NCBI GenBank assembly: GCA_002633005.1
Contig: NMRA01000127.1
Span: 62,001-126,000, forward strand
DNA length: 64,000 nt
From: Phoronis australis
Lineage: Eukaryota > Animalia > Phoronida
Reading direction: 5' to 3'
Shown: in pieces, positions 14,001 through 26,000 of the stretch
Numbering within the stretch: position 1 is the first letter of the stretch
Layout of the letters: every line of letters begins with the position of its first letter
The notes under the pieces: generated by a model
Database searches by the model: none
The model's input: only the letters and a program-made list of their open reading frames with translations
What the model was told of the DNA's origin: nothing
Made by a program: the position numbers and the translations under genes

Positions 14001-17000
14001 CCATGGGCCCCTCTCTGACTAACCAGCTCTCGATTTGGCTACCTACAGGTCGTCAATGCAACCTCAGTTTGTGTCAGCACATATCAAACGCGCTTATATT
14101 ACAACATGAAGTAAACAGAATAAAGTCGAAATTGGTCGCCATTGCGACTTCAGATTGTGTTTGGCGACCTATGAAAAATTTCAATTTGCCATAAGGTCGC
14201 CATTGCGAGTATCAAAAAAGCCAATGTTTCAAGGTTCACGTTGACTTCCAAACTTGGAATTACTAATACTGTTCTTAGATTCATTACCTTGATTGATAAT
14301 TGTTCCGTTTATACCGTGAATTGAACGCATTTGCCACCACGTTTAAGTCATAACAGGAAGTAAAGAGATAGAATTCGGAATTATTCGGCAAAAAACGGGC
14401 AACATTGGGGAAATTCGCGCCACCAGGCCTGGATTTTTGCAAGGTAGCCGAATGCGACTTGGCGCTGCAATCGGTAATATGTTCAATATTTAAGGCAATG
14501 CCACACATTTTGCATAAAATTTACAGGATAACGCTGAGCAGCGTAACATACCAGCTACAAACACACCCGTAGCTAATGCGTTTGGAAGCTGAGGCCGGAA
14601 CAACTCGCGCTTCTAGCGATTATAGCGGTGAGAGAAATGTGCAAGACCCCAATTCTTAGCGGGCTATGGACTTCTAGGCCCGTGACCAACAAACTACCAA
14701 ACTTAACTCAATTCTTTTTATTACTAGAACCTTTAAAAAATTGCTCAGACTGGGTAATTTGTCGTGCTGTGTACGTAAACCATCAAAATGTAATCAACTA
14801 TAAGTACTCAACCAAAATTACTAGTAACTTAGTATTCCCAGTAGTACTCGGATCAGCATGAATGATTACAATATGATGTACAATGTACATACATTATTTA
14901 TTCTAAAAATTCGCAGACGACGGTGGGCATTTTCACACCTCCTTTACTCGAGAACTTCGGAGTCCTTGACTGGACTGTAGAGATAGCTAGTTTTCAAAAG
15001 CATTATTTGTTGTTTTATCGCTCCAAAGATTTCTTTAGTAACACGAGAATATGTTATGAGTCCGAGTATTTCTGGAAGGGACCTCAATAAAGTTTGGAAT
15101 CCGGCATTTCTCGAATATTGCTAGAATGAGTACAAGTTGGAGTAAACGACGGTGAAATTTAAGGGTCTGAGTAAACTTTAGTGCCTCACGGGCCCGGGTC
15201 AATCGAAATCGTAAGCTCATAGGGGAACATTCTATGGGTGAAACCGTTTTGGTGCACACCAGTATATTGAACTACAAAAGTTTCAAGTTTTAAAATGCTG
15301 TCGTGATTTCCTGAATTGGAAAAATTATCCAAGGCCTGCGAAATTATTGACTATGTGCATTTCTAAAACTATTTCCGGTTCCACAATAATGCAACTACGA
15401 AGAAATTTCAAAAAAGCATCTTCTCGATATGTTCGTTTCAGTATCTTGTTCGCCGATATAAGAGGCTTCACACAGTTTTCCTCTACGGTCACCGCCCAAG
15501 AACTTGTCAGAACATTAAATGAATTGTTTGCCAAGTTCGACCGTTTAGCAAAGGTGAGATGTTTTTTACTTCATCAATATTTACTCAAGGCAACGCTATT
15601 TCAGTTGTACGCTACCTCTAAAATGTGTTGGCACCATCTGTCGCCATAAGTACTAGTAAATGTGTTATTGCTGTCATTTTCCGCCCGCAAATCTCTATCA
15701 ATAACCGATAACAAACGCGCTGTCACGATACTGCTCACTACCTCGTAATTCACGCCACCAGTCGCAGATTCTCCAAGGCAGCGACCGAAAGCAACCCGCC
15801 AACATATAAACAAGAACTAAAAGAAAAGCCAAACTAACCATTTTAGTGAACCTCGAAGTCAAGTTGAATTTTATATGGAAAATGACGACTAAGTTGCAAT
15901 TTGTCTTTTCTGCTGTCGGGTGCAAACTAATTGACACAAATTATTTAACTTTGGATCTGCCTTCAAAGCCTTTGTGTTAAACGTAGACCTGTGCTTCAAT
16001 TTTGAAGGAAAACGATTGCCTCCGCATAAAACTCCTGGGCGACTGCTACTTATGTGTTAGTGGGCTTCCAGAACCACGCTCTGACCATGCGCACTGCTGC
16101 GTAGAGATGGGCTTGGCAATGATACATCATATTCGGTAAGTCCTTGTCCGCCGATCTTGAACAATCATATTTTGGTTAATTAGATATTGGTACCTAATTT
16201 AAAGGCTTAGTTCATATGAGCGATTGATTTTCTGATTAGTACATGCATGTCTTATTCGAAGAATATCGTCGAAAATTTAATTTCCCGTGATTGCATCTAG
16301 CAGTAAGCGACCATCTTTGCATGAAACCAATAAACTAGTCAGGAAAAATCGTTATTATATTATTATATTATGGGTTGTTTGGTCTTCAGACCCTTGTTTT
16401 CTGAAATGCTTTTCATTACGTAAAGACAGTTATCGTTAATCGACACAAAGCTAAATGATAGAGTTAACTTTCCGTAATGGAGGACTTTCATTTGATTTTT
16501 GCTGAGTGCATATCAAATTGAACGTGTAGACACATTAGTTTAGCGAGTTGCAAAGGGAGTTCCGTATTCTATCAGCAAGAAATTAGTAATAGATAAAATG
16601 AAGCTTCACAAAAATGTTATTTCGCGTAACTACCTAAATTTTAAGATACCACTATTCTTAAGAAGTTTGACTAATAACTAATTTAACGATTTGATGAAGT
16701 TTTACATAGATGTACTAATTGATAATCACTAACCATACGTACTTTTGGGTATATTTCTTTCGGATGTTTTTCATTTCTCGGATTTTCAAGACATAGTTCT
16801 CTGTGTTGTAAGAGCAAGGGGTTGTTTATTTTTGGTAAGAGTTTATGATCTTATCATATTTAAAGCGCACATGTGCGGTCTTTCAAAAGATATACGTCAT
16901 TTGGACCAAGTCAGATCAAGATACCGTGGTCCGTATCAACTACATTACTTTTTGTATTGCCATTTCAATGTAGTCAAGTAAAGGAACGTCTACAATATGA

Positions 17001-20000
17001 TCTGGACATGCGCATTGGGATTCACACAGGCACAGTGTTGTGCGGAGTTCTCGGACTACGAAAGTGGCAGTTCGACGTCTATAGCAACGACGTCACTATA
17101 GCCAATCAAATGGAGGCTACTGGAGTACCTGGGTAAGACCGGCGTTGTACAGTCAGTGTATTTTTAAAGTGACTTCAAAACCGTTCTTTTTATCAAAAAA
17201 GTTCCATTTAGGCCATTGACTCCAACAAAATTGGTCTTAATTTTTTCCATAGTCAAATTAGAGATGATACCAGAAATCACTTCTTAACTGAGTAAGAAAC
17301 GAGATAACACCGTTCTGACGAAGCGACACTTGGCGAAGTCGATTGCATAAGGGAGTATGGCAGAGACGACAGAAGCAACGACCCCTTTGACGACAACACT
17401 CACGTTGCCATTGACGGTGTAGAGGCTGACTTAGCAGACCACGGCATCGCCATCGACACTGCCAACAACACCGACAGTGCAGCCAGTAACACTGGCAAGA
17501 ACATTAACGAAGACGACGACGCCTTCTACACTGATGGCAATACTGAATTACCCATGGCAGTCATTAAACTGTTTGTTGGCGACGTTGATGACTTGAAAAC
17601 CGTACCAAAACCAATGATTTCAGAAAGATCTCTCAAGGGGCCCTGTAGACGCGGCAGGAGAGGTCAGCACTATGAATGAGCAATGTTTGGAAAGCTCGAT
17701 TAAGTCGAGAACAGAAGTCGTAGCAGATGGCCCGTGATGAGATAAGTCCACCTACTGACTTTCAGAAGGTTCAGTCTAAGGACCGCGGACCTAAAATTAC
17801 GCAAACGATTATTCGAAAAATCGTAGTAACGGCGCCATCTCGCGTCCAATTTCATCCAAAAACAATAGCCCCAACATAGACATACTATAGACTGGGCGCA
17901 CGCGCTGCTACAGCTGACAATTTGACGCCACATTGGAAAGTGTTTCTAGTCACGTGACACGGTTAATCGCCGTGTAAACAAACGAGGCAACTTGCCCTTT
18001 TCAACGTTCGATATCTAGCCCATAAAAAACGCAGAAGAATGTGATTTTTTCAGAAACATAAAAATGATGCAACACTTACGTGCGTTTTTTGAGAGTCAAT
18101 CAGTAGATAAGAAACTATCAAACTAAGAGAAGATCGCAACCAGTGGCAGATTACCGAGTGGCTTGTGCTGCTGCACGCGTGTCAATCCACTGCCAGCGAT
18201 TTAATTTTTTAGTTATTTTTCAAGAGAAACCAGTAAGATTGCGCAAATTTATCGTTTTTAAATGAATTAAAATTCGAAGCAAATACAGTATATCCAGGAG
18301 CATACAGGGACGTACTACTCACTCGGGTGGTACGTACTTTCGCCTTGCCCCAGGTATACCCCTTTTCAATATTGAAAAATGACCCCGGGTAATTTTTTGA
18401 TTAAATTATGACCCGCGTCGCTTTTAATGGGGTCTAAATTCAATTTGAACTACTGTGAAAAGATGACTCAAAGGGGTCATATAAATAAATGACAGGCTTT
18501 TAAGGATAAAAAGCAAAGAACATAGACTTCCTTTCCTGTGCATCGCTCGGGATTGCCAGGGTACAAATATTCTCTCACGCACGTATTCCTCTTTTACGGA
18601 TCTGAAGTCCCTCGATCAAGTACCAGGCACTTTTCGGCGTGTTGTAGTATCCCTACACCGTGGAATTATTTGCTCGTAAAAAGATCAGCCCCGCTCCCAC
18701 ACATCATTTCGAACCCTTCCTTTCCCTTCGCTGATATACTTATTATGCGTCCCTCAGCCGAGAAATATAAAATTCTTCTCTCACGCACGCTTGGCCTTCT
18801 TACGGCTTTTAGTTTGACTTTGATAGTGAGAAAACTTGGCTGCGATCAGAAGATTCTTAACATGTGGCCAAAATTTTCAGGATTAATCTTCATGCAGGTA
18901 ATGAGATATATTCTGGCACGAGCAGTGTGAAATGGCCAATTACCGATTTGAGCAACTGAACGAAGGGTTGTTCGAAAAAATAGTGATTGTTTCGCTTCTA
19001 AGTTACTGACATAATATTAATTGCTCATGAACAGACCATCCCAGCTCCCACACATCATATCCCTGGCATAATTGCGGCATATATTGGAAAAGCAAGGCAT
19101 ATACATAGGCGGATTTAGGGGGGGGCCCAGGGGGCCCGGCCCCCCCCCCCCCTGGCTGCCGCAAAAAANNNNNNNNNNNNNNNNNNNNNNNNNNNNNNNN
19201 NNNNNNNNNNNNNNNNNNNNNNNNNNNNNNNNNNNNNNNNNNNNNNNNNNNNNNNNNNNNNNNNNNNNNNNNNNNNNNNNNNNNNNNNNNNNNNNNNNNN
19301 NNNNNNNNNNNNNNNNNNNNNNNNNNNNNNNNNNNNNNNNNNNNNNNNNNNNNNNNNNNNNNNNNNNNNNNNNNNNNNNNNNNNNNNNNNNNNNNNNNNN
19401 NNNNNNNNNNNNNNNNNNNNNNNNNNNNNNNNNNNNNNNNNNNNNNNNNNNNNNNNNNNNNNNNNNNNNNNNNNNNNNNNNNNNNNNNNNNNNNNNNNNN
19501 NNNNNNNNNNNNNNNNNNNNNNNNNNNNNNNNNNNNNNNNNNNNNNNNNNNNNNNNNNNNNNNNNNNNNNNNNNNNNNNNNNNNNNNNNNNNNNNNNNNN
19601 NNNNNNNNNNNNNNNNNNNNNNNNNNNNNNNNNNNNNNNNNNNNNNNNNNNNNNNNNNNNNNNNNNNNNNNNNNNNNNNNNNNNNNNNNNNNNNNNNNNN
19701 NNNNNNNNNNNNNNNNNNNNNNNNNNNNNNNNNNNNNNNNNNNNNNNNNNNNNNNNNNNNNNNNNNNNNNNNNNNNNNNNNNNNNNNNNNNNNNNNNNNN
19801 NNNNNNNNNNNNNNNNNNNNNNNNNNNNNNNNNNNNNNNNNNNNNNNNNNTACCCCCCTCCCGACCTCCCCCCATTCGGTGCTATGCGCATCTACAATCG
19901 TGGTTCAGTTTGCACAAATGCTTACAGCCGAACAAAATGTTGGGCCCCCCCTTATGATATCCTAGATCCGCCACTGAATATAGATGTCCCTAGCCGCGCG

Positions 20001-23000
20001 CAACTCAGGTCACCCCAGACGTAAACATCTGCCTATCGAACATTGTTGAAAGATCGCCGAATGCGGGTATCATGTCCGCTTATCACAACCACCTGTTGCG
20101 GGGGAATCTTTGAGTAATGACTGGACAGGTTTTCACGGATGAGAAGTGATTTTTTCATGAGTTGAAAATTCTTCACATTAAATCTAAACCCTGTGAAAAA
20201 AATAACCGTCATTTTTATCACGAGGTCATTGTTTAATGCTACATCGGCTCTGTTAGGTATATTTCCAGTCGGTTTCTTGTGGAAAATTCTGTATTTTGGG
20301 GTGCGCAATTCAATCTTACAGGTTTGATATTTTTGGTTACTATGCACTTTGCTCTTTTGCGCAAATTTTGAGTCACAAAATAAAGATCTCGTAAGCAAGC
20401 AGTGCAAATCTAAAGAATTTCCAATGTACATTAGTGCAGATTTTGAATTTGTTCGTTTTGATGCAACAGAAAAATATCTGATTTTGAAACACATATTAAG
20501 AAATGAGTTTTTAAAGCAGTATGTATTTCAATAAAGAATACATTATTTATACATATGTACTAATTTGGATGGCTTGGGGGTAAGTTCGGCATGCAGATGT
20601 TGGTTTTCAGTACAAGTAAAAACGCATATGATTGTCATTAATACGATATATTTACTTAAGTACAGATAACAAACAGCATCATCACTGGATAACACCATAT
20701 GCTGGTCAATGATTATTTTCTTTAAAAAGGTTTCAGTCACCAAGACCGCGGTGAAAACAACGCATGGTGGCAGAACATAAAAAAATTAGTGCACCGCCAT
20801 TAAAACTCCATGGCCGAACCAAAAAACCCATGGCTCAATGGCAGGACCAAGAAACTCGTCTCTTTGGCTGCAGGCATGACACTGCAAGCCCCAAGATTTT
20901 CTGACTGATGTCATAGGGCTCTCAGTGTTTTTCGTCATTTTTCCTGTGTAACACTTTCCAATAATTATGACGTCATAATGACAACGCGAGCTTCATGTAT
21001 CTGAGTGGCGCGCGCCCAGTCTATGTGATGTCTATGAGCCCCAAGCTTCTCACAAGATTGATGCTGTGTAATTTTATCGTCCATTGGTTGGAAAATTCGT
21101 AATGTAGCGTTCGTATGGCAGATCAACAAAGAAGCAGCGGGAACGGGCCAATAAAAGAACAATCATTAGGTCAGTAAATCTCCAATAACTAAAATCGGTA
21201 AGTCAATACCACAGACGCTCGAATTTCTCAATGACTCATAACCATACATCCATACATAAGAAACAAAAAGGTTTGGTCAGTAAAGCTTTTCCGAGCTGAG
21301 ACTCCAAACTTCAACTGACCCAAATCCAAATAAAATCTCCGTGTGTCTTTCTCAGGCTGGAATTGCATAAACCTCCGAAGCCTTATATTTCCTTGATTTT
21401 ATTAAATTATCCTGATGAGTGGTGAATTGGCGACGAAGTTTTTCAAACAAACTCAAAACTCTGAATTCAAGGACCTAAACTAGTTAACATGGCGGATTTC
21501 AGTTGTGCATAACTTGTACAACGGTCGAAGATAAAATTTTGAGTTTGAGCAAGCAACCCCTACATGTATGTCAAAATCAAAAAATGTATACCCAATTTCA
21601 ATGATTGAGGTTATTAAAATCAATCTTCCACTTAAGTGTAATTTCTTTGTTCTTATGGCTCATTTTAACCCTTGACATAGAATTTATTTGCAAGAACCGC
21701 CATATCTTGTGTTTGATCTTGACATTATATGCTACTCTTTGTTGAAGCACAACGAACACTCGGTTGTTGGCGGACATTTCCGATGTCTGACCACATGTTT
21801 AGTCGCGGTAAATCACCATCGGTAAATGCCGGATTTCTAAGTAGGCCAGAGATAGAAGCCCGTGGTACCAAGATTATAAACAATGTTGTTGTGCATAATC
21901 AGAGTTTAATTACATTCAAACTTACACTTTATGTGGAGGGCACTCAAATAACATTCTTGGGCGCGTAAAAACAGAGGTCCGGAATTGCTTCGGGAGCGTC
22001 CTCCAAGAACCCGGATGCTCGAAGGTCGTCTGCCATTAATGTCTTACGTCACAGAATAAAGTCCACGAATTTGTGATTTTGGCGTTTTTGACATTTTTTG
22101 TCGTCAAATCACCACTCTAAGGCAATTTGAAGTGATCAATCGAAAAAGGGTATTCAAAGACTAGTTCGATGCTAGTTTCGTAGAGTTCCATGCAAGTTGA
22201 GTAGAAAATTATGAGCAAACAGATTTTGAGTGTCCAACCTTTATGTTTTCTTAGTAGTCAGTTACATCAGTGATGATCAAGAAACAGATAAACTCAAGCG
22301 CCTGAGGTCAATACGGTGGCGTATAACGATAGTGATTGATGAAATCAACTCACATACCAAATTTCGGAAGGATCAGTCTAGGTATACGCCGGAGATGCGA
22401 CACGAGAAATCCATCAATGAAAGAGAAGTGACCCCACGCTCTCAAATAACTCGAAAACGGGGAAGTCGCAGAGAGAAGCGAATGACGCATTCCTGATAGC
22501 CTTTGAGATCTATGTACACACACAATTTCAACAGAATACCTTAGAGAACTGCGAAGCATAAATTTAAAAATGACTGTCGCAGCGCCATCTTTAGTCGGAT
22601 TTCGCTCAAAAGAATACACCTGGAGTCTTAAAGAAATAAATACTGCGTGTTTATTTCATGTTTATTGGACGAATGTGACCGAGCAACATGCTTACTGAAA
22701 ACCTTCACGATATAGCAACATACTTTGAGAAATTTTATTTACCAAGTAACGTGACCATTTTTATAACGATTAGCGGCTTAAATCAGAACTTATTTTGACG
22801 GAAAGCACGGATCTAATACCGTTTTAAATTGATACGATGCTTCTCAATTTTGATTCGTGTATCTGTGCCTCAGTGGAGTTACGGAGTGTTGCAGTAAGCC
22901 TACCTACCAAGTCTGAGGCTTGGTCAAGTTACGTCACCCGCCTCTGAATAATGCCTTCATTGTTCGCACATCGCTGATACAATATCACGCAATGCACGGA

Positions 23001-26000
23001 CGATCCCACCGATTGAGTTCTTTCGTCTGGCATGTCGGATCAGTAGCAGCGGTGAACCTAAGCCACCATCACATAAAGCTTCTGACGTCCATCCGATGAA
23101 CTTCCGAACCAAAAATGATCGTACCCATCCACCATCGGGAGATTATTGGGAGCGTACTTTGCGCGTATGCCTAGTGGCGTTGGCTTCGGAAGTCGACCAA
23201 TCGATGCAGCTCCTTGCAAACTCATGAGTCATTTTTGCGCCAAACCTATTTCTCAAACGCAGGGGAACAACTGATTATTGGCAGACAATGGCCCGTTGGT
23301 CTGCAGATGGACCGACCGAATTCATCTGGTCAAACAACGTCAAGGCCAACGCCCATCCGACGACAGGCAGATATATTGACGTCAGAGTAGCCGCAGTTTT
23401 CACGTTTTTCCAAGAGGAGATAGTGTAGCTCAGCAGTTTGAGTTCCTCACTCCTGTTTGGACTGCCCGGCTTCAAGTCTTGGCTAACATTGGCACTGACA
23501 CAATCGAGCATTGCACAAAGTTGTCTCCTGTTTCCCTGAGTTCGGTCTTGGTAGTGTATGCAAGGGAATGAATGAGAACTTGGATATAATGGCAAAGCAA
23601 TTTCATTTGTCGTGCTCATTATTTAATCTTTTAAATGTGACAGAAAATATCCCGAACTCATTGTACAGGATGGGCCGAGCATCGATCATTACTTGAGGGA
23701 AGGGGTCGACTGGGCAACGGCCCTGATCATCCACATATAGGGGGCATCAATCACCATGAAACCATGAATAAACTTTTTTAAAATTGTGACTGATTCAGTT
23801 GTAGTTAAATTAAATGAACTTTCTACTTTATGTGTCATCGTTTTTGCTTTTCTTAGACCTAGTGTCCTTACATTTGAATAGGGCATCACTAAACCTCTGA
23901 ACGCTAGTGCATGTGTCACCGGTGCTTAGTCTGGTTTTCCACGATTACACTCAAGACATTCGTGAACGCATCGGCAAGGCATCTGCCTATCAACGTCCTA
24001 TAACCATTGATCAAGCCCATCTCCCAATGATCGTTCGACACGCGATCTCTTTATCATAAATTGGACAACATGAGAAAATCGTTTGTAACGACTGGTGATT
24101 TTATGTCAATGTGACCACTTTTATGCCGCAAACTCTTCTGAAGCTTTAGGTGATAGCGACATTAAAAGGGCTAAAGACAAACACGACTACTGCCATTGCA
24201 TGTGAAATCACTTTGATTTGACATTTTATCGAACACAAACGAATACACGAAGATGAACAGATTGCTTTATAAAACTACTACGTAAAGATGATCGTCCGAT
24301 TTAAAAAATAATGGCTTGGGGATACAAATTGAAACAAATTGCCTAGGAATTGTTAGATGTCAAATTTTCCTTGTACTAGCGAGAATTATTAAGCAAGAAA
24401 CTTTCTGGTGGCTTCCTTGAAATTCACGTGACTACCCCGTAAATTACAGACGAGTCCACATATCGCAGACGACATTCAACTGCGTGAAGAACGACTACAG
24501 AATGGAACCCCGCCATGCCGATAAGAAGGACTACGTCACTCCCGAAGTTGGCATGCCAACGTACTTGATTGACAAGCAGGAGCAAGACAAAAGGGAAGTG
24601 AGTAACTTGTTATGGTTAACGACACTTGAATCAGAGAAATTGGAGAGTGCAGTGAGACAATAACGTTTTTCACTTAGATGGATTTGTGTCTCCGTACATG
24701 TCACTAGTAAAACCCATGAAATCAACTATTGCTGCCTGTTAGATAACGTTTCGTAATATGGCAATGCAATAAGTGATTAAGTATCTTTTATACATTTCTG
24801 TTAAAAGCTTATCTCTTTGACTTCATCACGCCCTTCACAATTCGAGACCAAATTCGTGGTCGATCGAAAAGTATAGTTTTGACAGATAAGAGGTTAACAG
24901 CATTTTTAATATCAAGACAATATTGAATGTTCTTTTAGTTTGTCGAGCTGCCGCCAACGGCCGATCCAAGCGAACAAAATGTGCCGCCTCGATCGCCTGC
25001 CTTGAAACACCAGTTGTCGCGTTCTGGATTGTCGTACGCCTCCCAAGAAGAGAGTACCATCATTCCCTTCGACACTGTGAGTGACGTCACTCTTGCACCA
25101 AATAATACTATAGAAAAACTATGACCTTTAGCGGTTATTTTGATTTTATGAATTGTTTCCGAATGAAGCCATAATCAATTTGTTCGCCGCCACCATTGAG
25201 AGAATGCTTGGTTTCCAGGCCTCTAAACTTCAAATTTAATCCAGATTTTACTAAAAATATGACCAATCCAATACAGAATCGTGAAAATTAAGGGTCTGTT
25301 CTAGTCCAGCCGCGCGATTGGTCAGTCGTCGTGTCAAATCTAGACTTGAGTCCTTGGCGGTTTCCTTGGATTTTGGGGATTTTGTTCCGTTTGATCTTAT
25401 GGTGGTTATTGGAGTAAATTGCGTCTGACCTCAAAATTTCGGCAACAGCAACACGTACTGTCAAATGAAAACAATATTCAAATCAACTAATACGTAACTA
25501 CACATATGTTAGTTGCAGGGGTGGAAACCCTTTCCGTCACCGTGCCTCTGAATTTCAGCTACGAACAAACCACCGTGCAAACCACCGGACGTCAAACCCG
25601 CACCCCTGATCTGGCATACAAAATGTTGCATGTACGGCGGCCAAACTCCACTCCAGGCTAACTAGATTTCTGGCGACCAAATTTAATTTCGAAGGTCGAA
25701 ATTGGAATTTAGAGGCTCGGTCATGGAATTTTCTCTATCCTTCATGCCCCCCACGAATTTCGGTGCTGCGCCACTCATGCCCTTTGAGTTGACTTTGTAC
25801 AATGTGGAAAAGATAGTTTAGTTGTACTTTTCACGTCTTTAGGCCAGGAAAAGTTTAACATCAACTACAATACCTGAGAACGTAAGTCGCAAATACTCAT
25901 GTCTCTCCATATTAACTTATCACTCCTTCTGTTGTCTTTCCACTAGTTAATCCGATACCAATGAATTTTCTATATATTCGGATGAAGTGCTATGCTATAT

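Noticed and set aside
19003-19965. Long ORFs across the N run
   Set aside because: Artefacts of the assembly gap.
21412-21438. Hammerhead-like core CTGATGA...CGAAG (similar relics near 12855-12886 and 34339)
   Set aside because: GAAA is mutated, stem II pairs poorly, and no stem I/III or cleavage triplet was found. At most a decayed Penelope-type relic.
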